From Gemmatimonadales bacterium (lineage in GTDB: Bacteria > Gemmatimonadota > Gemmatimonadetes > Gemmatimonadales > GWC2-71-9), in the NCBI GenBank assembly GCA_965249575.1, contig OZ252244.1, positions 1,935,127 to 1,999,126 on the forward strand: a stretch of DNA of 64,000 nucleotides, written 5' to 3'. The first letter of the stretch is position 1. Each line of letters starts with the position of its first letter. Positions 28,398 to 37,917 of the stretch are shown piece after piece. Both the position numbers and the translations under genes were made by a program. Below the pieces are notes generated by a model. It was not told the DNA's origin, ran no database searches, and was given only the letters and a program-made list of their open reading frames with translations.

Positions 28398-29068
28398 GCG
28401 GCTGGCGGCGTCTCACCTGGGTCTTGTGGGGAGTCATGTCCGCCGGCATCATGTCACCCGCCGTGATGTCAGCTCAGGAAGCCCGCCTGGTGTCGCGGCT
28501 TTCCGAGGCAGCACGGCCGGAAGTCGATGCCGTGTTGGATTCGGCGCGCGCCACCGGGACCCCAACGGAGCCGCTCGTAGACCGGGCGCTTGAAGGAGCC
28601 GCGAAGGGGGCCTCTGACGAGCGTATCCTGGCGGCCGTGCGCCGACTTTGGGCGGAGCTGGGAGTCGCGCGCACGGCGTTTGGTGATTCCGCGTTGGCGG
28701 CGGAGCTTCGAGCGGGCGCGAGCGCGCTGAGGGCGGGTGCCACCCGGTCCGATCTCAAGACCCTCCGCGCCCGCCGGCCGAACCGACCCCTCATCGTGGC
28801 CGCTGGGGTGCTCGCCGATCTCGTTGCGGTTGGAGTGCCGTCGGACACTGCCATTGCGGCCGTGCTCGCGCTGGCCGAAGATGCGGGGGATGGTGACTAC
28901 ATCGCGTTCAGACGCAACGTCGAGAGCGATATCGCGCTCGGGGCTTCGCCCGCCGCCGCGCTCGCGGTTCGGCTGCGAGTGGCCACCGAGCTTACCGGGG
29001 TTGTGGCGGGAGCCGCGGCTGCCGACGCCGGCAGCCCGGCGGCACCCCCGGGGAAGCGAAAGCCGTAA
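28394..29068 (+). CDS. Secreted Ala-rich hypothetical protein
   Basis: ATGA overlap with the upstream gene. Signal peptide MSGWRRLTWVLWGVMSAGIMSPAVMSAQ. Helical Ala/Leu/Arg-rich body. No family recognised. Confidence 0.55.
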   Translation: MSGWRRLTWVLWGVMSAGIMSPAVMSAQEARLVSRLSEAARPEVDAVLDSARATGTPTEPLVDRALEGAAKGASDERILAAVRRLWAELGVARTAFGDSALAAELRAGASALRAGATRSDLKTLRARRPNRPLIVAAGVLADLVAVGVPSDTAIAAVLALAEDAGDGDYIAFRRNVESDIALGASPAAALAVRLRVATELTGVVAGAAAADAGSPAAPPGKRKP

Positions 29069-29074
29069 CGAGAG

Positions 29075-30230
29075 ATGCCGGATCGCGTGGCGCGGCGGCG
29101 CGGCGCTCACGGCGGCTTGCCTATCGGTTGGATCGTCCCTTCACAGCCAAACGGCTGGAACGATTGATGTCGGAGCCTCGGCCGTCGAGTACGACGGCTT
29201 CTTGCTGTCCGGTGCAGCGGTCCTCTCCCCCACACTTCAACACGACGCACGCAACTTGTCCCTAGGTGCCCAGGGCACCTGGGTCGTATTCGAGAGCGGC
29301 AACGAGATCCTACAGGGAACGGCGGCGGCCGCCTGGCGAACGGCCTCGTACAACGGGTGGCGCGCCGAGTTCTCAGGCTCGCTGGGTGCGAGCAAGTACG
29401 CCGACTCGCCCCCGAGCGGTCATGCCCTGGGTCGGGCACGCATACACCTTCACGGGACCCGAGCGGGGGGCTGGGTGAGCGGGATGACGGGCGGCACGTT
29501 CGGCGACACCGACGGGACGCCGGTCGAGCTATCAGTCGGCCTGTGGACCATACAGGATCGGTTCGCGCTGGTGGGGACGGCCAATGGCACCTGGATCTCG
29601 GGCGCCAGCTACGTAGACCTCGTTGGGGCGGTACGATGGTCCGAATCCCGGGTACAGGTCGACGCGCAAGCCGGCGTCCGTCCGTGGCGCAGCGCGAGTG
29701 GGTCGGTCGGAGCGCCGCGCCGGAGTGCCTACGCGGAGCTGGCGGCTCGGGTCTCGGTGAGTGAGCGGATAAGCATTGCGGTGAGCGGGGGTCGCTACCC
29801 CGCCGATCCGACGCGAGGCGTTCTCGCGGCTTCGTTCGTCAACGTCGGCCTCAGTCTGAGTCTCCTCAAGGCACGGGTCCCGAGAACGACCACCATCTCG
29901 ACCGCGTTGCGATTGTCTGCGCGCGCCGTGGTCGCGTCCAAGCACGGAAGCGAGGCGCGCATCGAGGTCGATCGGGCGGGCAACCCTCGCGTCTTGCGAG
30001 TCCACGTGGAAGACGTCACGTCTGTGGAGCTAATGAGTGACTTCACTGACTGGTTGCCGGTCGCGCTCACTCGTCTGAGCGCAGGCACGTGGCAGGCGAG
30101 GGTCCATGCCTCCCCGGGGGTTTACCGGCTGAACATCCGCGTCGACGGCGGACCGTGGCTGGTTCCGCGAGGCACGAGGCTCGAGCAAACGGAGTTCGGG
30201 GGGGCGGTGGGAGTGATCGTGATTCCGTAA
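29075..30230 (+). CDS. Secreted beta-rich protein with C-terminal CBM48/AMPK-beta-like domain (start region ambiguous or frameshifted)
   Basis: Main frame (ORF 28737..30230) has the signal-like ...GGAALTAACLSVGSSLHSQ but no ATG/GTG/TTG nearby. ATG 29075 (MPDRVARRRG...) is in a different frame and would join it after a 1-nt indel in gcgcggcggcgcggcgc (about 29090-29105). C-terminal LRVHVEDVTSVELMSDFTDWLPVAL...GTWQARVHASPGVYRLNIRVDGGPW. Confidence 0.55.
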
Positions 30231-30359
30231 ATGGTGAGGAGGCCCTTGTTCCCACCCCACCCAAGTGAGGAGTGAGGAGGTGAAAACGTGAGAGCCGTCG
30301 AGGCTGCTCATCACGAGCTACAACGGGAGATTCTCGCTAGTACGAGGACATCCGCTGCT

Positions 30360-31133
30360 ATGGTAGATCTCACGGACCGAGTAGTGCTGTTGACGGGCGC
30401 TTCCCAGGGGATTGGCGCAGCAACGGCCACGATTCTCGGCGACAAAGGCGCCGATCTGATCGCCCACTATCGCGTGAAAAAAGACCGTGCGGGCGCCGAG
30501 TCAGCACTCGGGGCGGTCGCAAGCGCGCACAAGCACTTCGTCGCTGGAGACTTTGAGGACGATGCGGCTGTCGAGCAGGTCTGGCAAAAGGCCGTTGCCT
30601 GGCGTGGCCACGTCAACGTACTCGTGCTCAACGCTGCAATGATGGAACCCACGGGCGGGATCGACGATGATGAAGACGCGTGGAACAGCGCGTGGCGCCG
30701 TCATTATCAGGTCAACGTCCAGGCGCCCGCGCGCCTGATGCGGGCCGCCGTTCGTCATTTTAGAACTCGCGGCGGCGGCACGATCATCCTGGTGTCTAGC
30801 TGGGTGGCACAGCGGGGCGTCACCAATCCACGAATGATCGCGTATGCCGCGTCCAAGGGCGCGATCAAGGCAGTGGCCCAGTCGATTGCCCGTGGCTATG
30901 CCAGCGAGGGCATCCTCACATACATCGTCGCGCCCGGCGTCGTTCGGACGAAGATGTCCGTGGATTTCGCGGACCTTCAGGGAGGCGAAGAGGCAGTAAC
31001 GAGAACGCTCGCCATGCGTGAATGGGTACCGCCTGGTGAGCTGGGCGAGTTAATCGCGTTTCTTGCCACCGGCTCAGTGCGGCACCTCTCCGGTGCGACG
31101 CTCGATGTGAACGGTGCTACGTACGTCAGGTAG
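30360..31133 (+). CDS. Short-chain dehydrogenase/reductase (SDR)
   Basis: ATG 30360. VVLLTGASQGIGAATA (TGxxxGxG), NAAM, and catalytic YAASKGAIK. Confidence 0.8.
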   Translation: MVDLTDRVVLLTGASQGIGAATATILGDKGADLIAHYRVKKDRAGAESALGAVASAHKHFVAGDFEDDAAVEQVWQKAVAWRGHVNVLVLNAAMMEPTGGIDDDEDAWNSAWRRHYQVNVQAPARLMRAAVRHFRTRGGGTIILVSSWVAQRGVTNPRMIAYAASKGAIKAVAQSIARGYASEGILTYIVAPGVVRTKMSVDFADLQGGEEAVTRTLAMREWVPPGELGELIAFLATGSVRHLSGATLDVNGATYVR

Positions 31134-31145
31134 GGAGCTGCGGAC

Positions 31146-31646
31146 ATGACCGATCAAGCGTTGCGGGAACTCGTCGATCGCCAACAGATCAATGATACGC
31201 TGATCGCGTATTGCTGCGCGTTAGACCGGATGGACCTTCCCGCAATCGCCGCGCTGTTCACGCGGGATTGCGTCGTCGACTATGGCCCCGACGATCGGCT
31301 GCGAAGCCATGGATCCGCTGCGCTTGCGACGTCGCTTGCCCGGATGTGGCGCTGGTCACGCACGTCACACCATCTGTCAAATATCCAAGTCACGTTCGAC
31401 GATGCGAGCAGTGCGACCGCGGTTAGCTATGTCCACGCCTGGCACGAGCGACCGGACGGTTCGACCGCGACGATCCTCGGACAGTACGAGGACCGGCTCG
31501 TGCGCGAGAGCGGTGGCTGGCGTATCGCCAAACGTCGCATGCTCATGAACGGCTGCGATGCAGGGTTCACCGTCGACATCCATCGATTCGAGCGCATCCC
31601 TCCGCCTGACGGGTGGGTCGCTCCCGACTTGGATGGGCCGCGGTGA
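31146..31646 (+). CDS. SnoaL-like (NTF2-fold) protein
   Basis: 166 aa. LVDRQQINDTLIAYCCALDRMDLPAIAALFTRDCVVDYGP...HHLSNIQV...YEDRLVRESGGWRIAKRRM is the typical SnoaL_4 pattern. Confidence 0.65.
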   Translation: MTDQALRELVDRQQINDTLIAYCCALDRMDLPAIAALFTRDCVVDYGPDDRLRSHGSAALATSLARMWRWSRTSHHLSNIQVTFDDASSATAVSYVHAWHERPDGSTATILGQYEDRLVRESGGWRIAKRRMLMNGCDAGFTVDIHRFERIPPPDGWVAPDLDGPR

Positions 31647-31691
31647 CACGGTACGCCGCCAAGCGAATCGCGAGCCTCGCTCGGGATCCGC

Positions 31692-32742
31692 TCAAATACC
31701 TGGCCTTTGGTAGCCACCGAGTTGCGTTTCCACGAACCGCGCCACCGCGAGCGCCACGTCGTCGCGGCCGAGCCGTGCGATCACCTGGACACCGATCGGC
31801 AGCCCTTCGGGCGACGTACCAGCCCTCACCACGACCCCGGGCCAGCCGGTCATGTTGTAGGTCACCGTATAACTGAATGCCGGTAGCATGTCGCCTCCCT
31901 CGGCCACCCCGTGTGGGAGCGCTGGGAGCGCGTTCACCGGGCACACGATGACGTCGACATTCTCGAGGAACGACTCCAACACGCTCCGGAACTGGAACCA
32001 GCGCGTGACCAGCACATCCAGCTCGGCGCCCGTCACCGCCTCCATGCTGGTGAGCGACTCGAGGGTGTGCCGAGTGGTCCCAGCGTTTCGCAGCAGTCGG
32101 CTGATCGCAGCTCCTCCATCCCAGAAATAGAGCGGCAACCCGACATCGAGCGTTTGCTCGATCCCGGGCGGACGCTGCTCCGTTACGGCGGCGCCCTCAC
32201 CAGCCAACGCCGTGGCGACAGCCTCGACGGTCAGTACGGTCTCGCGTGTCGGCGTCATGATCCCGTTGTCGGTGTGGTACGAGACCCTGAGCGAGCTCAA
32301 GTCGACGTCCCGGGGGTCGTTCCACGGCAACGGCCAGACACCCGGGTCGATCCAGTCGGGTCCGGCAATCAGCGGCAGAATGAGGCTCAGGTCGTCCACG
32401 GAGCGCGCCATCGGTCCGAGCTGTTGGAACGCATCCTCCGTAGTCACTTCCTATGTCGAAGGGAGATCCCCCGGCGGCGACGATGGCCGCGGCCCCACCG
32501 CTGCTGCCGCCGGTGGTGCGCGTGGGATCGTACGGATTGCTCGTTCGCCCGTATATCAAGTTGCCGGTTTCGAAGGACAGCGTGAGCTCCGGCGTGTTGG
32601 TCTTGCCGAGAAGAATCGCACCCGCGTTACGCAGCCGCTCCACAACCGTCGCGTCCCGCTCCGATGCCTCCCGAAACGGTAGTTGTATAGGCCGTCCAAC
32701 GACCAGCGTATCCAATCGAATCCGGGAACCAACAGATGACAC
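31692..32742 (-). pseudogene. Amidase-signature (GatA-like) amidase remnant: N-terminally truncated, internal deletion plus frameshift
   Basis: ORF 32197..32742 holds ...DATVVERLRNAGAILLGKTNTPE...GGSSGGAAAIVAAGGSPFDIGSDYGG. ORF 31692..32447, in a different frame, continues at ...FQQLGPMARSVDDL... to the C-terminus. About 35-40 aa normally lying between these blocks, and about 70 N-terminal aa, are absent. The 5' end abuts the cytochrome c gene. Confidence 0.75.
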
Positions 32743-33647
32743 TGAAACGTGCGGTGAAATGGGCCGGAGTTGCCCTGACTGCGGTCGTCGTTGTCCTCTT
32801 GCTTTTTGTTGGCGTCCTGCTCATCGGCTACGAGCGTGCAGTGGCCAAGCGCTACGACGTGCCGCCGCCGAGCGTGATTTCCAGCACTGATTCCGCGGTC
32901 GTGGCGCGCGGGAAGCACCTCGCCGAATCGATAGGAGGATGCCTGGACTGTCACGGCCCCGGGCTCGGTGGCAGAGAGGGTGACGACATGGGGCCCGTCG
33001 GTGCCTTCCACGCCCCGAATATCACGCGGGGAGAAGGGGGAGTAGGCGATACATACACCGATGCCGAAATGGCACGGCTGGTCCGACACGGCATAAAGTC
33101 CGATGGCCGAACGGTCCTGTTCATGCCGTCCATGGACTTCAACTGGTGGCCCGATGAGGATCTGACGGCGCTCGTTTCGTACGTGCGCAGTCTGCCTCCT
33201 GTCGACGGGAAGGTGCGCGAGCTGAGAGTTGGGTTGCTGGGCAAGTCGCTGAATCAGCTCGGTGTTTTCCCTTTGGCTGTTGCGGCGGCCATCGACCACA
33301 CGGCCGAGCGGCCTGACGTGCCCGACCCGGAGCCCACGGCGGAATACGGCCGCTTTCTCGCTATGAGCTGTCAGGGGTGTCACGGGGTCGGGTTGAGCGG
33401 TGGGCGCCTTCCCGGCTCGCCGGCTGACCTGCCGACCCCCACCAACCTGACGCGTCATGAGACCGGACTTGCCGGTTGGGGACAGGAGGACTTTGTGAGG
33501 CTCCTCGACACCGGTATCCGACCGAACGGCAGCAGAATCGATCCGTTCATGCCGGTCACGGCGACTCGAAACATGAGTGAGATCGAAAAGTCAGCCCTCT
33601 GGGCGTATCTCCAGAGTCTGGAGCGACGGGAGTTTGGGGGCCGTTGA
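32736..33647 (+). CDS. Membrane-anchored dihaem c-type cytochrome
   Basis: N-terminal TM VALTAVVVVLLLFVGVLLIGY. Two CxxCH motifs (CLDCHG, CQGCHG). Confidence 0.8.
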   Translation: MTLKRAVKWAGVALTAVVVVLLLFVGVLLIGYERAVAKRYDVPPPSVISSTDSAVVARGKHLAESIGGCLDCHGPGLGGREGDDMGPVGAFHAPNITRGEGGVGDTYTDAEMARLVRHGIKSDGRTVLFMPSMDFNWWPDEDLTALVSYVRSLPPVDGKVRELRVGLLGKSLNQLGVFPLAVAAAIDHTAERPDVPDPEPTAEYGRFLAMSCQGCHGVGLSGGRLPGSPADLPTPTNLTRHETGLAGWGQEDFVRLLDTGIRPNGSRIDPFMPVTATRNMSEIEKSALWAYLQSLERREFGGR

Positions 33648-33784
33648 GGGGACTCCTGGTCGCGCCGTCCCACAATTGACCGTGCCCTCCCGAGCCCCGG
33701 CTGCCCGCGAGACCTGCGGGCCCCCGCCGGGTGGCTAAGGAGGTGCGAAGCCCCGTCCGATACTCATAGCCACCCTGACTCCGG

Positions 33785-35251
33785 TTGATCATGGACGAGC
33801 GGACCAAGATCGAGTTGCATCGCTTGCAGGCAGCGGTAACCCCTCGCTATGTCGTCGAGCGGCTGCTAGGTCGCGGCCGGATGGGCGTGGTGTTTCTCGC
33901 GCGTGACGTATCCCTCGAGCGTCCGGTGGCGATCAAGCTACTGCCCCCCGAGTACGCATCCGACTTAGATGCGAGGGAACGCTTTCTCAGGGAGGCGCGT
34001 ACCGCCGCCCGACTGGAGCATCCGGGCATCGTTCCGATCCACTACGTTGACCACAGCGACGAACTCGTCTATTACGTCATGAAATACGTCAGCGGCGAAA
34101 CCCTCCGGCGGCGAATCGAAGCGGCCGAGCAACTGCACGCGCAAGAAGTCGCCCGAATCGTCGTGGAGGTGGCCGGCGCACTCGACTACGCCCACCGCAA
34201 TGGCGTGATTCACCGCGATGTCAAGGCAGACAACATACTCTTGGAGGGCGCCACTCCACGTGCGATGGTCACCGATTTCGGCGTAGCCAGGATCGCCGAC
34301 CACCGAACACTCACAGCGACCGGTGAGCTCCTGGGCTCCGTTCATTACGCGAGCCCCGAACAGTTGTCCGGCAGCTCCGTGGATGCGCGTAGCGATCTCT
34401 ATTCTCTGGGGGTGGTCACTTATTACGCGCTGGCGGGAGCCCTCCCGTTTGACGCGCCGACGATCGCCGGGGTGATCGGACAGCACCTGGTCGATCCGCC
34501 GCCGCCCATCGCCGCGAGCCGACCGGATCTCCCCCGGGAGCTGGAAAGAGTAATCGAGCGCGCGCTCGCCAAGGATCCTGCCGAACGGTTTGAATCCACG
34601 GGGGAGTTCGCGGGCGCCCTGCGCGCCGCCTTGAATGGCCAGGCCGTCCAAGAGGCCGGCGGTGCTATCCGCAAGTGGTTCAGGAGGTTGAGCCGCCGAA
34701 GCCAACCAGCGCTCGCCCCCCCCGATACGTCGGTCCCCGTAGAGCAGGCCGCCCCGGTGCAGTCAGCGGACGACCTCTATGCATCCCTGCCACCTCCTGT
34801 CCGGGAGCAGCTGGCGGGCGTGCCGATCGTGGTCCAGCTCATGCGGCAGCAGGTCGAAGCGACCAGGCGGCGGGAGGCCGAGCTCGTCGGCGCACTCACA
34901 GAAGCCGGCGGGAATTCCCTAGATGGCGACCGAGCTAAACTGCAGACCCTAAAGCGCGACCCCGCGAGGCGCCGAGCAGCCACGCTCCTCGAGCGTCGCG
35001 TGAGTGCCGTGTCCGATCTGAGCGGTGCGTGCGAGGCCGTGCGCGACAGTAGGGCGTCGGCGCTTTCCGCGCTCGAGTCCCTTCGGGTTGGGCTCATACG
35101 CCTCCGTGCTGGGGTTGCCACCGTGGGCGAGGTCGCCAGCGACGTCCAGACGGCGAGGGTGACCAGCCGGGAAATTGACACTGTCTTGAGCGGCGCCCCC
35201 TCGGCTGCCCCACCCGAGGATACACTCTTCAGCCAGCTGCATCGGCTTTGA
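33785..35251 (+). CDS. Ser/Thr protein kinase (intact), C-terminal coiled-coil-like region
   Basis: GRGRMGVVF, VAIKLL, HRDVKADN, DFG and SPE are all in one frame. TTG 33785 or ATG 33791 as start. No TM segment. Ala/Arg/Leu-rich C-terminal 180 aa. Confidence 0.85.
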   Translation: MIMDERTKIELHRLQAAVTPRYVVERLLGRGRMGVVFLARDVSLERPVAIKLLPPEYASDLDARERFLREARTAARLEHPGIVPIHYVDHSDELVYYVMKYVSGETLRRRIEAAEQLHAQEVARIVVEVAGALDYAHRNGVIHRDVKADNILLEGATPRAMVTDFGVARIADHRTLTATGELLGSVHYASPEQLSGSSVDARSDLYSLGVVTYYALAGALPFDAPTIAGVIGQHLVDPPPPIAASRPDLPRELERVIERALAKDPAERFESTGEFAGALRAALNGQAVQEAGGAIRKWFRRLSRRSQPALAPPDTSVPVEQAAPVQSADDLYASLPPPVREQLAGVPIVVQLMRQQVEATRRREAELVGALTEAGGNSLDGDRAKLQTLKRDPARRRAATLLERRVSAVSDLSGACEAVRDSRASALSALESLRVGLIRLRAGVATVGEVASDVQTARVTSREIDTVLSGAPSAAPPEDTLFSQLHRL

Positions 35252-35445
35252 GCGGCCGGCCGGCTTAGCGCCCAGGATCACCGGGCGTACCTGTGACCTA
35301 CGGCACTCGAAATCGGGTGACGCATTGCCCTCCCTGGGTGACCCAGCCCGCAGCGCCGGAGCGCTGGTTTGGTGCATATTAGTTGAGCATTCGACACTGA
35401 CCAGCTGGAAGTCACTCCTTCGGGCCTGAAAGCGGAGAAACCGAG

Positions 35446-35970
35446 ATGAGATGCCTGATGCCCTTCCTGCTTGTTCTTGCTCTGGGTACGGCCACCAGCT
35501 CTCGCGCCCAGGCCCAGGACGGCGTGTATGTGAATGGACGGCTCGTGGGCCAGGAGCAGTTCACGGAACAGCTGGCAATGTTCGGCATCGTGCTGCCGAC
35601 CCCAGTCCAGGACGGGGCGTACTGGTACGATCGCTTGTCCGGCCTGTGGGGGCTAATTGGCGGTCCCACTCTGGGTCAGCTCCCCTCCGGCTTGGAGTTG
35701 GGCGGGCCGCTTCGCGAGGATGCTTCGGGCGGGCAGTCCTCGGTGTTCATCAACGGCCGCACGCTTCACCCCACCGAAGTGCAGTACCTCCAGATGGTCT
35801 TTGGTTGCGTCATCCCTGGCCGCTACTGGATGAATGCCCAGGGAATCGGCGGCCCCTGGAGGGCGGCCCGCCGATGTTCAATCTGGCGGCCGCAGCTCAG
35901 TCGAAGAGCGGGAGCGGGAGCAGCTACACTCGACGTGGTTTGTGCGGACAGGTTCTGCCGGCGGGTGTGA
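35446..35970 (+). CDS. Secreted hypothetical protein (3' end uncertain; overlaps the convergent GGDEF remnant)
   Basis: Signal peptide MRCLMPFLLVLALGTATSSRAQAQ. The body is plausible up to ...RYWMNAQGIGGP (about 35855). After that, two frames remain open, both Arg/Ala-rich or antisense to the GGDEF remnant. Confidence 0.4.
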   Translation: MRCLMPFLLVLALGTATSSRAQAQDGVYVNGRLVGQEQFTEQLAMFGIVLPTPVQDGAYWYDRLSGLWGLIGGPTLGQLPSGLELGGPLREDASGGQSSVFINGRTLHPTEVQYLQMVFGCVIPGRYWMNAQGIGGPWRAARRCSIWRPQLSRRAGAGAATLDVVCADRFCRRV

Positions 35971-36650
35971 TGCCGAAGGACTTCCGCGAAGACGCGAAGG
36001 ACGTCGTCGCCCGCCGCGTGTCCGTGGCGGTCGTTGAATTGCTTGAAGTAGTCGACATCGTAGATGACCACGCCAACCCTCCTCCCACGCAGCCCGGCCG
36101 CGAAGTCCCGGTCCAGCGCCAACTCCACGTGTCGCCGGTTGGGGAGCTGGGTGAGGGGATCGACCAACGCCAACGCCTCAGCTGCGTGGAGCTCCCTCCG
36201 CAGAAGCTCCGTGAACAGGGAGAAGCCGGCGGCGACCACGAAGTACGTCGTAAGTACCACCACCATGACGGGCCAGTTTGGCGTGGCGAGATCTGCCGCA
36301 ACGACAACTGCTTGAGTGGATGCCATCGCCAGCACCATCGCGAATAGAGACTCAGCGGTCCCTCTAAGCCGGCGGTAGTGCGTCAGCGTAAACAGTGTGG
36401 CTAGGGCAGCGAGCCAGATCGCCGGCCCCAGCCTTTCGGCCGCGACGTTCGAAAGCGCGATGGAAGCCACTATCGGTACCACGAGGCCAGCCGCGGCGAT
36501 CAACACGGCCCACGCGGGCAAGTCCGGCGGGGGCCGACCTGCGTTTAATGACGGGTGAACGGTCACGGCCTCGGGGTCTCCGGCGTCCGGCGAAGGTGAG
36601 CGAGCTTCAATGTGGCCGCTCCATGGCACGCCCGCCAGGGATCGTGACAC
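35823..36650 (-). pseudogene. Membrane-bound GGDEF (diguanylate cyclase) gene truncated before the GG[DE]EF active site
   Basis: About 5 TM segments, then LVDPLTQLPNRRHVELAL...VGVVIYDVDYFKQFNDRHGHAAGDDVLRVFAEVLRHH. The expected R.GGEEF is found in none of the three frames downstream. The ORF runs on into sequence antisense to 35446..35970. Confidence 0.65.
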
Positions 36651-36689
36651 CCCGGCGCGCTAGGCTGTACGAGACTCGGATCCGGTTGG

Positions 36690-37712
36690 TTAGGCCGCAC
36701 CGTCGTCCCACCGGCCGTGAATCACGAAGTCGTCTATTTGGATCTCCTTACCGTAATCTGCGTAATCCCCATCGGTGCGGGCCCTGCGAAACTCTCCCCA
36801 ATTCACGGTCCTGTATCGCGGTCTATCGCCGGCCACCGCTGGGATCGGAGCGCAGTCCGTCTCGTACGCGGGATTGAAAAAGAAGGGAATACTGTACCGA
36901 GGGGTGCCCGTGACCGGCCGGACGCGGTGGAGAGCGGCCCGGTATCTCCCGTTCGACCAGATCTGCATCATGTCCGCCACGTTGATGACCAGCGCGCCCT
37001 CGATCGGCGGGACATCGAGCCAGACGTCATCTGCAAGAATCTGAAGACCGCCGACTTCGTCCTGCAGCAGAATCGTGAGAGCGCCGGCGTCGGTGTGATG
37101 GTGCAGTGCCATCTCGCCGAGCTGCGTGGTCTGTGCCCTCTGGTTCTCCTCCACCGGATCGGCGAGTGGATAGTAGTTGAGGCGAACAAAACTCGTGTGG
37201 ACCGGTATGAAATACCGGTGCAGCGCTTTCGGCCCGACACCGAGCCCCTCGCACAGAGCCGCCAGGAGCACGAGCCCTAGCTCTTCGCACGCTTGAAAGT
37301 ACCCAAGCATGGTCGGCTTGAAGAGGGGAAGCGGGGCGGGCCACTGGTTCGAGCCGTCGACCGCCGCTCGATTGTCTGGATGCTCCTCGGCCAGCCGGCG
37401 GTCACGAGCTTGAGCGAAATCGAAAACCTCTTTGAGATCTCGCTTGTTCTTGGTGAGCTCGCGATCGAAGTAGCCCCTCGGGTTTTCCTTGGTGCGGGAT
37501 ACGGCGAGCTTGGCGGCCCGAGGGAGTTCGAAGAAGCTGCGCGTTTGATTCCACACGTCTTCGACCAGGGAATCCGGCAATCCGTGATTCACGACCTGAA
37601 AGAACCCATACGCCTCGGACGCGCGTCCGATCGCCTGGTGAGGGCTCGCGCGTGGGGTGGAAAGCGGGGCGTCACGGAGGGCCGCGATGTCGATGATCGG
37701 AATGCTTTTCAA
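36690..37712 (-). CDS. 2-oxoglutarate/Fe(II)-dependent oxygenase (isopenicillin-N-synthase-like)
   Basis: MKSIPIIDIAAL (DIOX_N-like), the H-x-D triad in HHHTDAGALTILLQD, and the distal His in RYRAALHRV. Confidence 0.8.
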   Translation of the reverse strand: MKSIPIIDIAALRDAPLSTPRASPHQAIGRASEAYGFFQVVNHGLPDSLVEDVWNQTRSFFELPRAAKLAVSRTKENPRGYFDRELTKNKRDLKEVFDFAQARDRRLAEEHPDNRAAVDGSNQWPAPLPLFKPTMLGYFQACEELGLVLLAALCEGLGVGPKALHRYFIPVHTSFVRLNYYPLADPVEENQRAQTTQLGEMALHHHTDAGALTILLQDEVGGLQILADDVWLDVPPIEGALVINVADMMQIWSNGRYRAALHRVRPVTGTPRYSIPFFFNPAYETDCAPIPAVAGDRPRYRTVNWGEFRRARTDGDYADYGKEIQIDDFVIHGRWDDGAA

Positions 37713-37917
37713 GCTACCTCACGAATCGACTGTGGGTGCACGGATTCTCTAGCAGTATGTACGTATGGCGCCGAGAGCGCGAGGCGAGGGCATCAATGTT
37801 CGTGCCATTTTTGGGGCTCCGCCGCGCGAGGTGGCGAGGCCGCGGGCTGCTGCCCATTTTGTTAGGGACCGCTTGGGAACCGCCGGCATTCACCGCTCCG
37901 GAGGCCAATCGATCGTC

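Noticed and set aside
37765-37917. 51-codon N-terminal extension of the molybdoenzyme fusion ORF
   Set aside because: Arg/Ala-rich, with no Tat or signal features. The internal ATG at 37918 is followed directly by the conserved Fe-S region. The extension is probably the non-coding divergent promoter region.
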